Source of the DNA: Sphagnum compactum
Taxonomy: Eukaryota
Assembly (NCBI GenBank): GCA_965153455.1
Contig: OZ234494.1
Span: 3,906,001 to 3,970,000, forward strand
Length of the DNA stretch: 64,000 nucleotides
Reading direction: 5' to 3'
The translations under genes were made by a program, and so were the position numbers. The notes below the pieces were generated by a model. It searched no databases. It had not been told where the DNA came from and was given only the letters and a program-made list of their open reading frames with translations. Below, piece by piece: positions 22,620-36,481 of this stretch; positions within the stretch are counted from its first letter, which is position 1; every line of letters begins with the position of its first letter.

Positions 22620-25600
22620 CTGAAAACCCACCCCCCAGAAACACCAAAAATCAGCATGGGCCAATATTATGGTAAAGCTTCAACCTGGTGATCAGCAGGA
22701 AAACGACAGAAAAAAGCAGGATTAAATCATAGTACATTGAGTAGCAAAAGGGTTGAACTCACTTGAGCATTATGAGGCCTGGGAAGATGAAGGCCAGGCA
22801 AACACCCACTGTAGCACCAGTATATTCAAAAGCAACCCAAATATTGGGCACCAATGTTGAGCCAAAAAAAATAAGGAAGACTAAGAAGCCAGTGATAAGA
22901 GCAAAGCGGAGGTTGTCATGGACTAGAGCAGCTGCCTTTGGGTATAGGAGCCCATCAACATTAAGACGGAGTGAAAAATGCAATAGAGGGAAAACCAACA
23001 TGATGTGTATGGCATAACTGGCACGCACTAAGAGAGTGAGTGTGTGAGAGAATGGAATGCCAAGATTGGCATCAAAATTTGCTAGAACATCATCACTTGT
23101 TGCCTCACCAAAGAGAAGGTAAGCAAACAAGCCAGTGCAGAAATAAATGCTGGTGCACAGCATTAAACACTCACGAACTACTTTTCCCATCTTCATATCA
23201 GATGGCTCCGTCGAGAGTTCAAGCTCTTTTGCAATTGGATGCACTGGAAGACAAGCAGTTCAGCACCCAACAGCTCCCATAGGGTTACTATTCATTCTTT
23301 CTGTTGCAGCAACAGAGAGACAAAATTGTAGGTGAAAGAAAATGATGATGATATTCAACTTGCAGTTGGACAAGAGGGATACACACACACACACATATAT
23401 ATATAGTGTGGGAGAAAAGAGACCATTGTGGTGGCAAAAATATGCAGTGACCAATATAGGAACAACTGTAAATAGGTGCCAAAATGAAGCTTGGTCATGC
23501 ACATTGGGTGTGAGTTTTGGCCAGTCAATCTGCCGTGCTGCTAGTTTCCATGATGTGATGCCCACTGTAATCACCACAAACACTAGAGCCAAAGCAAATG
23601 ATAACGCAGAGGTCCACTTTAATGAATCTGCCATCCATGGCACCCAAAACCAAACAAAACATCATTATCCCCCACAAACTGATACTAACCTAAACATGTG
23701 CAAACAAAAGATGTCATGACAACTATCAATGGGCACAAAATCTTTTCTTAATCACATTGATCACACATTCATTGTCTCAAACTGTGAAGGGTTGGATTCA
23801 CATAGCAAAGGTTTCTCTCTTAGTTTTCAGTAACTAATGCAAAGCTACAAGCATAACACAAGAAGGAAGGTTATAAGCAACATTGGTCTGGTATCAACTT
23901 TTGAACATACCAGGCTGGTACTCATATTTGAATTTTCATACCACCTTTGTCATCATATTGGGTTCCTTTTAAACTTTCATACCAACTTGGTCTTAGTATT
24001 GGGTGAAAGACTGATTTTTGGGTAGGAGATCAACCCAATACTAAGACCAAGAATCTTTCTTGTTGCCAAACTAGTTGTGGAAAATTGGGGGCATATAGCT
24101 ATAACACTATGATTGAAAAACCAGCTATAAATCGGACATGTTAAGAACAAGAAGCAGCAAGGGAGAACCATAGGAACTAGTACATGAGAAGAAAGTACTG
24201 ATAAGTTTGAGATCAGGATTTGAGGAAAGAAGATTTTGGTGAAAAAATTACCAATATGTTTTAAAGAACAAAGTGGGAGGAGAATAACAACAGTTGTGGT
24301 GAAGAGAACAAAAACCCGTTCATTCCACCATGTCCGTCCCCCTGCCCACTCCTCCAGTACACCCGTATGGTGTTGTCCCGGCCCAACCGTCCCAGACATG
24401 ACATCACCTGATAAGTGCAAGTTCTTTGCACAGAGAAGATTCAGGGCATTGTTGGGACAATCTTTGGAAAGATTAATATAGAACAACAAAAACTAGTGAT
24501 TCCTATCAGCATTTCACTTTGTAACAGATGTCTTGTGGGTCCTCCTAAAAGCCATTCAACATCCAAAAACATTTCAGCACCTTCTTTGGCAAGAAGTTTT
24601 TCTACTCCTCAGCATGATGTGAAATGCCATGTTGGAAGACAAAGATCAACCCCCCCCCGCCCCAAAATTGAAAGAAAATTGTGCTCATTAACATAAAGTT
24701 CAAATGTTCTCTGAGCCAATTGGAAAGAACTATTAAAACCAGAAGCTGCAAATGGGAATTTTGTTTGCACTGTGCAGAATGAGAGAAAAAGAAATTACCT
24801 TCAAAAAGATCAGTTTAACAACAATTACAAAAACATCAACAACTCTAACAAGTCAAGATTTTGTGTCGGAGAACAATTTGCTTTGAAATCAGGATGAGGA
24901 TAGAGAAAAGACAGTGAGAGTGCCAGGCAAGAATGAAGCAAAATTCTATCTTTGACCAAGAGAATGGCAATATATATACTAACTTCAAACCCTAACTCCA
25001 CAACACCTTAATTTCCTAATGGAATGTGAGAATAACAAGCTCTGAGACATGTGGAAAGGGAAAGAAGACATGAAGAGTATAAGCTTGGACTGATGAGCAG
25101 AAATAGTAAGTGGGAATCACAAGGGGTAAAAAAACCACCCAAAAGGATCAGAGAAGACCCATATTTCAAGAGAATCCTTGAGCACAAATCCAAAGCAGGA
25201 AAAAAAAAACAAGGGGGTACGAAGATATTGTGGGATTAAAAATCCATCAAAAATCAGATAATCAAGTGTAATACAAAAGATAAAATTGCAGAAGACAAAA
25301 AGGGAGACTTGGATTGAGGAAGAAAGAAAAACCATGAGGAAAAAAAATTGCAAACCTATGATGATGATGTAGACAATTAGGCTGCCAAAATTGTTGATGA
25401 TGATGCATAGCTGCAACACAATCCTACCCGCTTCACCAAAAGCATTAGCCATCAAGGCACCATAGGATGTGGCATTGCATGGCCTGGAATATCTGAGAAG
25501 TGCCTGGATGGAATTCTCACTAAGAATTCCAGCTAACAGGATGGCAACAAGTCCCAGAGGCAAACCCAACACCTTGATGGTGGCAGGCAGGGCCATGATC

Positions 25601-25827
25601 CCTGCTCCAACAATGGTAGTGGATAAATTGAACACTGCAGACTGGGTGGAAGCCTGATGGTAATCATCGTCATCATCATCATTACACCTATTCTCTATCA
25701 GCTCCTGTCTCTTGCTTGGTAACAATGGGCAGCTCCTCTCTTCTGTTTGTCTGTTGCTCTTGTACTCCCAGTCTCTAGCTTCACCTTCTTGCTGTACCTC
25801 CTCCTCCTCCTCTTGAAAGTTATCCAT
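22508..25827 (-). CDS. AVT6: Amino acid transporter, AAAP/Aa_trans family, AVT6-like (5 exons, 474 aa)
   Basis: join complement(25827-25356, 24407-24252, 23627-23424, 23243-22763, 22619-22508) = 1425 nt, open frame, GT-AG introns with consistent phases. Motifs SAVFNLSTTIVGAGIMALPA, INNFGSLIVYIIIIGDVMSG, AYFCHHNVHPI, DVLANFD, FIFPG. Confidence 0.93.
22763..23243 (-). CDS. AVT6: AVT6-like exon 4
   Basis: CTTCCAG|TG CAT CCA ... CTC AA|GTGAGT; 481 nt. Confidence 0.92.
23424..23627 (-). CDS. AVT6: AVT6-like exon 3
   Basis: GGCAG|AT TCA TTA AAG ... CAC AAT G|GTCTCT; 204 nt. Confidence 0.9.
24252..24407 (-). CDS. AVT6: AVT6-like exon 2
   Basis: TTATCAG|GT GAT GTC ... CAT ATT G|GTAATT; 156 nt. Confidence 0.9.
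25356..25827 (-). CDS. AVT6: AVT6-like exon 1
   Basis: ATG at 25827 (MDNFQEEEE...); ends ATA G|GTTTGC; 472 nt. Confidence 0.88.
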
Positions 25828-25868
25828 CCCCACCTGTTTTTCCTGTTTTCCTTTCTCTCTAAACCGTC

Positions 25869-25888
25869 AACCCTAAACCCTAAACCCT
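25869..25888. promoter_or_regulatory. Tandem telo-box motif upstream of the AVT6-like ATG
   Basis: AACCCTAAACCCTAAACCCT, about 40-60 bp upstream of the start codon. Function inferred from the known plant telo-box. Confidence 0.45.
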
Positions 25889-26589
25889 TTCTTTGCAGCT
25901 ACAAAACAAGAGACAGGAGAGAACCCAACACCCACAACAAAAGAAAGCGTGGTGTATCAAGTGGCAACATCTTTTTAACAGTGTGAAACTCAGTTTGGAC
26001 CAGTGTTTTTCTTTTGCAGATTTTCGCACCGCAACCACACACACACACACAAACAAAACAATAACAGGATGGAAAGGAAGAGATTGAAATGTTCATTTTC
26101 AAATGTCTTGTTTTATAAAAAAAATCGCCAAAACAAAGAGGGAAATTTCGGTTTTTTTCCAGATTTCTGAAGTAGGCTCAGTGGCGAGGTTCCCAAAACA
26201 AATTTAACATGAAATGGCGACTGTTTTTAATGCGCTGTAGAATAATTCCAGAAGTCCTGCTAGAAACTTTTCCATATGTATTATTCATATATTTGGATAC
26301 ATTTTTGACTATTCCATATATATTGATATATTTACATCGATTTTGTTGGGAGGAGACTCGAAGGGGGCCCTGTTCCAAGACGTAACCAAGGGCTTTTTTT
26401 CCACAGACGATTCACATCTTGAGCGTACAAGTGGAACCAGCAGATGGCAACTTGTTGCACCTAATGAAAAAGCCTGAAATGTGCCTGAATAGGACACCCA
26501 AACCTGAAACGTAACTTTAAAAAATGCCTACTACATGGCACAAGATCAAAGAAGCAAAACAGGCGCAAAAGTTGTGGTCTTTTGATTGA

Positions 26590-26876
26590 TCTCACAAATG
26601 TCCAACATCTTGGGCTCGGCTAATACATATTGGAGTTCTTTCGTTTACGCAACTGGTTTTGGTGTCTCACAAATGTCCAACATTTTGTGCTAATACATAT
26701 TGGAGTCCCTCTGTATACGCATCTGGCTTGGTGCCTGACAAATGTCCAACATTTTGTGCTAATACATATTGGAGTCCTTTTGTATACACAACTGCTTTTG
26801 GTGCCTCACAAATGTCCAACATCTTGTGCTAATACATATTGGAGTCCTTTTGTATATGCAACTGGTTTTGGTGTCT
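26590..26876. repeat. ~69-75-bp minisatellite, 4 units
   Basis: CACAAATGTCCAACAT.TTGTGCTAATACATATTGGAGTCC... recurs at ~26593, 26668, 26737 and 26807. Confidence 0.9.
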
Positions 26877-29800
26877 TAAATCCAGGTACTTTCTTAAGGT
26901 TTCTCTTAGGTGGGACAGTTAGGGTTTTCTTAGGGTTTCTCTTTTAGTTCCACTTTTAGTTCTGCCGGTTCACTTGTGACGTGAATTGATGGTGGGGGAA
27001 CACTATATTTATGTGAATCAAGGGTGAGAAACACCAATTACACTTGGACCAGGCTTGGTAGAACCTGTTATCACCTGGCGGAATGGTGTCTTGTCCTACT
27101 AGGCTTGAGATGTTCCTTGGTAGAATGGGTCCTATTAGACCAGTTCCATAGTGTTTTTTTGGGTACAAACCTGCCAGACCTCATTGAGAAAGGACTCAAC
27201 AGCCAGGGAAAGGAGTCAAGGACAAACGAGAAGGAAAGGACCAATGTTGGCCTCGTATTGGGATCAAGACAGACTTTTGGCTGCTATGAGGCAGGTACAT
27301 ATCAATGTTGTGAGGGTATCGAATTTGCAAGGTTTAAACTGGTGTGACCTAAAAGGAGCCCTAAAATGAAAAAGTTGTCAAAGGACTGCCCTAAATTTTG
27401 GCGGTTCATGGAGCACAAAATTGTAATGTGCATATGGTGCTCGGAATAGTATGTTGGTGTTTTGTGTGTTTTGTGTTTGGAGGTTGTCCATTCATGGAGA
27501 AGGGAGAATGTAGGGCACTATGTTTCTCTTGATTTAGAAGGTGAGCTTGCATGTTTATCTGTGTTGGTTTTTGCTTTTCATGAAGACCAATGGGAATACG
27601 GCTTCGATTTGTGCATTGGATTACAAAAGGATGAGGAGCTGCAGACGTAGGAAGGACGACATTTTTTGCAATTGAGACTTCAATTTGCTGATTTTTGGGA
27701 GAAGATAGAGAAGGAGTTAAGTATTCCGACAAATGTGTTGCCAATTAATGTGAAATTTGTTTTGAGATGTTGGCCACTTTAACTCCATGCAAAATTGACA
27801 AAAAATTTGATTTAAAAGTCAATCTAATTACATGTACTAAAAACATTTCACTTTCATAAGAGCAAAACATTAAAAGCAAGATATAACTCAAGATAAGTTT
27901 TGTGACAATGGAAAAGGAATAGCTTGACAAATAGAAGGCAAAATACATATGTTGGCATTAGAACTAATGTTGGGAAAATATATATTTTTAATATAGTAAT
28001 AGTACAATAACAGTTTAGAAACTTTCAAAAGATATTCAATATTAAAATGATATATATATATTTACTACATGATGATATTAATGGAGTAGTAGAAATTTAA
28101 TATTAACAAATATTATTTAAGGGATGAAAGAGCTCGTTTGAATTGGCATCACATTTTCAAGTTTGGAATGCTTGAAAACTAGGAAGTTGGGAATGTGGGG
28201 AGATTGATGTGGGCGAAGGGAAGTGAGATTTGAATCTTTGGGAGCTCCAAGTGGGAAATTGTTGTTGTTTTATTTTTATGTGTGGGTTGTTGGGGAATCT
28301 AGCAATTGATGGTTGAAGATGGGTGATTTAGTAGGTGGTAGCAAGTTTGTCTTGTCAAACCTTTTGAAAAAACACATTTAGGCCATGGCCATTGGGAGAT
28401 CAATTTCTATTTTTGTTGGTATGTTAAAATAAGGTTGAAATGAGGTTGAAATGAAAATTGCAAATCCATGATGTTGAAAGTAAGATTCAATAACTCAAGA
28501 GAGGGTTTGAAGTGATTTGATCCACTAGATTTTGTAGAATTTAAATGATAGTTTAGATGCAATATAAGAACATAAGATCTTAGACTTCAATGTTGGATTT
28601 GGAAGTCAATGTTTGTTTTTGGTGAAATGCAATTTGAAGCAATGAGCTTGTGAATGAGTTCGTGGCCAACTAGATGACATATGAGCTTTTCATTTCTTGT
28701 CTTATTGGCTACATGCACTTTTCTATTCATTTGATCTATTCTTAGACAAAGTTTTGAAACTAATAAGAAATGAACCCCTTGAATGGTACCCTGTCATGGT
28801 CTTATGTGTGGATCCATATTAAGGTGAAAACACATTTTGGGTGAACCACTTTTCATCATTTTTCACCAAAAAAAATGATGTATAACAAATATGATAGGTA
28901 TGCAATAAGCTAAAATCTTGATGACATCTTTTGAAAATCCTAAACATAAAAAAAAAACTTTTAGAATGTGCATGATAACATTTTGGAACTCAAAGCTTGA
29001 TCCAATGGTTATATGAAGAGGATTGGATAAATTCAATGTGCACAAAGTATGTAATGTACAATTTTTCAATGGCCATAAGGCCTCGTGTTTGTGATTCATG
29101 ACACATTACCAAACTAAAGAAAAACAAAAAAAATTGCAATGCTCACCTACAAAATCTTTTTTTTTCGTAAGGTATTTTGTAAGGTATTTTTCTCACAAAT
29201 AAGAGTTTACTATGCATTTATTGCTCAAAAAGTCCAAAAAACACATTTTTAGATGGATTTTCAATGAATTTTTTTAAAAGTTCTAAATGGTCCTAAATTT
29301 AATTGATATCTATTAATATCATTCACCACAAAAAAATTCAATAACTCCACCCATAACTTTAGTTTTGAAATATATTTGCAATTTTACATACTATGTGATT
29401 ATTTATTTCAACACAATTATACTTCATATGTTCAAGTCTGTAAATTTTTGTTGGAGTTTCTTTCAAAATAAACTAGTTTAAATCTAAAGTTAATGTAATA
29501 TTTTTGAAATGAACAAAAATAATCTAAGATGTGATGTCCATAGGTACTAAAAAAATCAAATGTAAATTTTTTCTATTTGTAACTACAATGTTTGGGGGGT
29601 GTAATGTACTTTTACCCATTAAAGTTCAATTGAAATTCATTTTTACCCATTGAAATTTTCATTCCTTGGTGGTTTCAAAAATAAAAATAAATTTAAATAA
29701 ATTTTGGGTGGTTATTTGATTTTTTCAATAACCACTAGTTCCATTTTTTTAGTATTTCGAAATCAAAGATTCATTTGTTTTGTTTTTAGAAATAAGAAAA

Positions 29801-32800
29801 CCATTGGTTTTAATTATTAAAAAAACCTAAAATGGCAGGTTTCATGAAAGAACATGTGGTTATAAATGTAGAGTTTTGAAAAAAATCAAACTTTTTGACA
29901 ATTGTGATTATATATTAGAAGCATTTTAAAATTTTTTTTGATGGGTGTTTGTTCCTTGTACTGTTGACCATTCAACACTGTTTTAAAAATTGAAGTTGAC
30001 TCATGTGCTTATATTTCCAAGGTTAAATTGCTTTGTGAGCAATTTGGTAGGTTGTTTTACAAATACCAACAATTATGCTTGCAACACCATATTTGATTTT
30101 CAAATTAATATGAATTTCTAAAATTTGTCTTTCACAAACTTGCAAATGGTTTAATTTGGTAAATTTGACTTTGACATTTATTACTTTGAAGCAAAATTTG
30201 ATTAGGATTTAGAAACTTTGGCATGGGTGTGACAATTTTGATGTAAAATTTTGGTTTCAATTTGGAACCAATGTATGATTGACAAGTGATCTGACCTAAT
30301 GGTAGGTACCTATTGTTTGATTAAATTCGTTTTGTAATCAAATTATCGAACCATCTTACATGGTTCCATCATTGGTTGGGTCTACCTACAATATAGGAAA
30401 TTTGACCTACAAAACAATGTAATTTCAATTCTAGTCTCACATTTTGAGCATTATTCACTAAATGTTATTGTAAACCAAATGTGATTTCATTATAAAAAAA
30501 ATCATGGAACATAAGTATCATATTTTAACTAGTTAGGGTGAACGACACTTACATTGGTATTAGTAGGAAAAAATAATGCAATGGATGACCTTTAAAAAGT
30601 CATACATTACTCTTTTCTTATCACTAGAGGTTCATATCAATGTTGGGCAATTTTCATTCTTAGTTTTATTAAAGAATCTCCGAATCTAGTTTTAAATTGT
30701 TTTTGTAACTAAAATTACCTCAAGGTTCTTCAAAAAAGATAACCAAACATATATTCAAAACTAAAAAAAACAAGTTTAATTAGTTTTCAAAGTGTTGGTT
30801 TTCACACATTTTCATACCATCCAATTTCAAAGGTGGTTATCAAAAAATTAATTATTTTGAGCAAAAAGATATTAAAATTTTTTTATACCAAAATTACCAA
30901 AATAATAATAATAATAATAAAAGGAAAATGTATATAAATATTTTTTTCCAACATTTTATATGCCAACAACGCTCATTATATGGACTCCAAGGTTATTTCC
31001 AATATATTTTGGAATAAAATTAGACCATTTACCAAGTTAACATTGTTCCATTAGTTGGTGAAAGACCAATGCCTTTTTTAGATCCTAGTCAATTTTTGTT
31101 GTAGTGGATACACAAATGGAATTAACAAATTCAAACTTAGAAATCTTTCACCCATGTCTCACAAAAATGAGTTACGATTAGAGATGTCAAGCATTGAAGT
31201 GACCATCATTAAATTCACTCACTTAATCCAAGTTGGGAATGTGATTAAGAACAACCACTTGAATGTTAGGACACTAAACCCTAAAAACCAAAAAGTTTTT
31301 CCTAACCCTAGCTTGAAACCTAGACCATGTTCTATTTCAATACCTTGGAAGGGTTTCAAAAAATAAAATAAAATCATAGAGGTTAATTTTCAAGGGTTGG
31401 TTAGTTCTCATTCTAATGAGAACCTACAAACCAAGTTTCATACAATCTTCAAGTTGAGAATTGGCTTGAAACGTTGGTTAATTTTCACTTTTTTAATACC
31501 TACCCAACACTAGTTTATATGTTTCTTTATCTTATTTTTCACCTACATATGTAACTTTCTTCCATTATGACATGTGGTCATCTATCTATAGGTAATTTAA
31601 AATGAATTAAGCATTATTGGTACGTGAAACATTAAGGTATATGAGACACAAAAACATCAAGGATATGACATCATTTGGATCTATGATTTGTTGTTGCAAA
31701 GTTTTGTGCACCATAAGATTTCAAAAGAAAATTATGTTTATAACAAAGTTCACATATTTCCTATACATGATATTCCTATGCAATGAGGTTGGTGAACATC
31801 ACAATTAAAAACTAAAGGATAAATTTTACTTTTAACAGTTCTCCTTGAAGGCTTATTATTAGTGTTTTGGGGATATAATTTTAATGGATTGTCATTGTTT
31901 AAGACATCTTGCAAGCAATTTTTGTAAAAGGTATGTGACAAACTTACAATGAGTTCTTAACAAAAAAAATTCAATATTTTAATTCATTGTTTGTTTTCTT
32001 GTGATTAGAATGAAAGGAAGTTCTTAGAAAAATTCAAAGAACATCTTTAATTTTTAAAAACATTTAGTTGGTGGATAATTTTTAAATCTAAGTCAATAGA
32101 AGGTTTTAGAAGGTTTGGTCAATAAAAGGTGATGAACTTTTAGAAGATTCTATATCAACTACAATCATCAAATATATGACATCTTTATATTAACATAAAA
32201 ATAAAGCTATTGTTTAAAGAAGGTGATACACTTTATTAATTATTTGAAACAAACTCATTCAAAAACTTCCATCAACACCATACCATGTGTAAATGTTTAG
32301 AGATCTTCACCCAAATCTAAATTTATTTTCATATAGGTTTCATCCAAATTCAATTCACCCTTTTATGAAGCTTCCAATTCAAATAAACCATAGACTAAAT
32401 GATATGTGTCTTTCACTTTCTTGTCAATCTTAATAAATAAATTAATAAATATATATTCATAACCATGTGTTTATTTGAATATGATATTCAATAATTAAGA
32501 AATGAAAATTTATTTTTAGAAATAAAATTTGCATGTAGTGAGTAGTTAAATGTTTCTTATTAGCAAGGATGATTGTTCAACTTGAATGGGTTATTATTTA
32601 GCTGATGTAATAAAAATAACTTGTGGATTCCAATGGCTTTCTTTTAGGCGAAATTTTGCCACCTTGTGAATTGTTTTTAGAAAATGGCCAAAAAAAGGTG
32701 ATTTTTGAGTTTTCTGATAGCCAAATTTCTGGGTTTTAATACAAAAATCGCCAGAATTTTATATTAAGTTTCAACAGGGTAGCAAACGATGTAGAAGAAT

Positions 32801-33091
32801 GATAAGATTTTATTATTTTCATTTCTAAAAATTTATAGCCAGATCTGGATGAACCATCTTATGGACAATTGCCGCTTCAGCTAGGTGACAAAATTGAGGA
32901 AAAAGAGAGAGCACTGTGTAACTGGATTCCATGTTCAATGCACATTGCACGAGTAAAAGTAGAACATCTGAGTTTGTCAATATAGTTATAACTTAGTATG
33001 TAACAAGGATCTTGGACCTTGGTCATGGCCCAAAAGGTTAAAATAGAAATCCTTAGCAGAGAAATTTGGTAACAAAACAAAAGTCCAAAAT

Positions 33092-33262
33092 GAAAATATT
33101 TAATTTTGCAACAAACTAAACTCCAAAATAAAAATACTTAATTTTGCAACAAACTAAACTCCAAAATAAAAATATTTAATTTTGTAACAAAGCTAAACTC
33201 CAAATTAAAAATATTTAATTTTGTAACAAAAATAAACTCCAAAATAAAAATATTTAAATTTG
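33092..33262. repeat. ~38-40-bp AT-rich minisatellite, 4-5 units
   Basis: AAAATATTTAATTTTG(C/T)AACAAACTAAACTCCAAAATA repeated. Confidence 0.9.
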
Positions 33263-36229
33263 TAGGTTTGCACCAACGTTGGGCATTATACTTTTAAGCA
33301 TACGCGATGGATAGGGGCATTAAACAACAAAGTTTTCAAGCTACAACACTGTCTCTATAGGTGCCCTCCCTTTAGAATGGGGGTATTACTCCAGGTTCGA
33401 AATGGTGACAAACCCTTTTGGAAATAGCCAATGGGAAGGTTAGGGGGGCTTAGTTTTTTCTTTTTGGATTTCGGGCAGGTGGGTGCAGGGAAGGGGGGGG
33501 GATTATTTTAATTTATTTTTTCTGTTGCCCATGTGTTCGTTAACACATTGCCAATAACATGTCATTCAACAAATTCAGACCATCAAAAAATCCAGCAATC
33601 CCATTGGCACATAACAACAATCTTCAAGCCTACACAGAACCCTATTTTGCAGAACATTGAAAATAATGATCCCTTTCTAACATTTCCATTTGTCCTTTAA
33701 AATTCTCACAAAACCTAACAAAGCCTATTACACATTTAACTATGAATTCACTCAAGATAATTAAGAAAAACATTCAGACCACACAAATCTAGCAATTTCA
33801 TTGGTGACAACATTTTTTTCTGCACACTTACAGACAAGCCTCTTCAACACCCTATGTATATTAGTAAACTAATATTATAATCCTTGGTCTGTATATAAAC
33901 AAAGTTTTTTGTCAAAAAAAAAAAGTGTTTTAGGCTTGGAGGGCCTAGGCTCGCTATATTTTGAGCAAAGTTAGGGATGGATATAATTTCAATTTTATTT
34001 TTATATTAAGGCATGCATAATAAATATGAAAAAGGGAGATGCCCATTCCGACATGAAGTTGAGCATGTGCATTGAGGAGCATATTCATAATTGACATCCT
34101 TTTCCAAGAAAATCACATGGATGATCAAAGATAAATAAACTATACATCTAGGCTGTGGCCTTGAAGATTGAGAAGCCTGCCCAAGCAGGTCATCTTGATT
34201 TACTTATTTTTCATCCAATGCCCATCAGTCCGGTCATCACATACCCCGATCTATGCCCTGGTCGATGCCTGCCCGGCACCTGTATACCTGCCCAAAACCA
34301 AGGCTAGCCCTTCCTACATACTAACCATCTTCATGTATCTAGTTACCCAGTAACCACTCTATTGTCCTCCTTACCTCTCTACAAGACTTAGTTTTTACAA
34401 GATAGGGTGACCAGGTGAAACCGGATGTCAACTCAGGTTAGGTTTCATCCAGGCTTGATAGGAAATACTTTACCAAGGGTTCTAGTTCTGAAGTTCACCA
34501 CAGTGGCTAGCACATTCACTGTATTTTACTACCTACCTACTAACAACCCTCTAACCCATACCTACTTACTAACCATCTACATTCAGATTTGCTTAGTCAG
34601 TTACCACCTGTTGTTCTACTTACTTACCTACAAGACTTATCTTTTACAGGATAGGTTACTAATGTGAAACCTTATGTTAATTCGGTTGGGGTTCATCCAG
34701 GGTTAAGTCATAACAGTTCGATGGACGGTGTACTGTTGCTTTGCCCATGCAAAAACCAAGGTCATGTGCCATGCAGAAACCATGGTTGTGTGAAGCTCTG
34801 GGGGCGAAGCTGTCCTTCCTTCTCTTGCTTTCATTTGTGCTGAGTGTAGGTGCATAGAAAAGTGTAGAAAGAAGCATGTAGGACCAAAAGTGGAGGGTGT
34901 GAGAGTTGGGACCAGAAGCCAAGGAGGTGAGATTTGAGACCGGAAGCAAAGGAGGTGCAAAAAAGAACCGAGACTGGAATCTATGAAAGCTTTGAGAGGT
35001 AGCTCAGGAATTGCATAGCTTAGCATACATAAGGGAAGAGGAGTCGGAGCCAATTCAACACAAGCTGAAGGCTGATTTTAAATTTCCTCATTTTACATAC
35101 ACAAAAACATGAACTTAAAAACAACATTTTTCATCACTATCTTTAGTCCAGCATTGAGTCTTTTAATTTTAAGTTTAAATCTTGATTTTTAATTTCAATA
35201 TTATACACAAACACAAATGATGTTATGTTCCAAAAATCATAAGCCCTAAAAATCAGACCATACTTGAGAAAACCCTAACCTTACACCCTAAACACTTAAA
35301 ACCCAACCTTAAAACCCTAAAAACCAAACATTCAAACCTAGATAAAACTTCTCCTAAGCCCAAACCCTAAAAAGTCAAACCGAACTCTATCTATATAGTC
35401 AGTAAACATAGTCATATACCCATAACCAATAGCCATATAGCTAATGTCCATAGAGCCAATAGCCATAGCAATAGCCACCAGCCACTAGTAAATAACCAAT
35501 TGCCATAGCCATATACCCCTGTAAACAATGGCTCCCATACCATAGCCCATAGGTGGGCAGCCTGCTGTGATTGACCCAAAAAAAAGTTGTTGTGCCTAGT
35601 TTGGGGATATTCCATTGTGGGTTTCCCTCATTTTGGTTCCTTATTTGGACACTTTATGGATAACACAACTTAGGGGATGAGATCAAAAAGAGGTGGTGAG
35701 AGTGGGGCCCAACTGGGTTCCATTTTAAGGATAACTTTATTATAAATAGCTAGACTAACTTTGGTTTGCATTGGATTTTTTTTCATTCTGTCCTTGCTTG
35801 ACCCCATGGAGTGTTCTTGTCGCAACTGAGGAAAAAACAACTGAAGGAAGATAAACTAGTTTGGTATTGATTCGGCCCTTTTGATTCCATCATCCATGAA
35901 CTTTTCTAGTTCTCAACTGTGCTAAAACCTAAGGTCTTGGATTTCCAAAGATCAAAAGAACCCATGCATTTAACCAAGTGAAAATACTCCAGTTTCATAG
36001 TGGGAGTTTAGCTCATGTTAGTGTAGGTAGGTAGGTAGTACATGTCTAGAATGAACTTGTCAAATGGGTGGGCTCAGCAAAAGGCAATAAATAATAATGT
36101 TCTTTACCAGAGCGGTGCAGAATATTTGCATGGAAGGGTTTCTAGAGACGTGGCATTGCCCTCATCAATATTTGCAGATTGCATTTGGATTTTATGGGAA
36201 AATGACAATGGTAGCTATAGCTTGTATGA

Positions 36230-36374
36230 TCTATATACTATACGAGATGGATGACGGATGGATGGATGGAAAGCTTCATTTCATCCTGACATCTGGATGG
36301 AAAGCTTCATTTCATCCCGACGTCCTTTACTATATAGAATACCTAGCAAGCATTGCCTAGGCCTTTTCAGCTAG
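36230..36374 (+). mobile_element. Mini Helitron-like element (145 bp)
   Basis: A|TCTATATACTA start; CCTAGC..GCCTAGG hairpin about 10 nt before a terminal CTAG. The next base is A, not the canonical T. Confidence 0.5.
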
Positions 36375-36481
36375 ACATAAACTCAGATAGAGGTTAGACA
36401 TTCATGGCCTAGTGTATGGCATCTACATTTCAGAATCTAGTTTGATAAAATTTCGTAACGTCTACCAAATAAATTTTCAGC

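Noticed and set aside
25088..25112. CTGATGA GCA GAAA minimal hammerhead-like string
   Set aside because: No stem II or flanking helices; it lies antisense in an intron and is expected by chance.
25117..25355. C-terminal extension of the 238-aa ORF, and its GTG start at 25833
   Set aside because: The extension is read-through into intron 1 past the donor at 25355; the in-frame ATG is at 25827.
26590..26876. Regularly spaced repeats as a CRISPR array (also 13472-13700 and 47358-47812)
   Set aside because: Whole units are homologous with no unique spacers; eukaryotic context and no cas genes.
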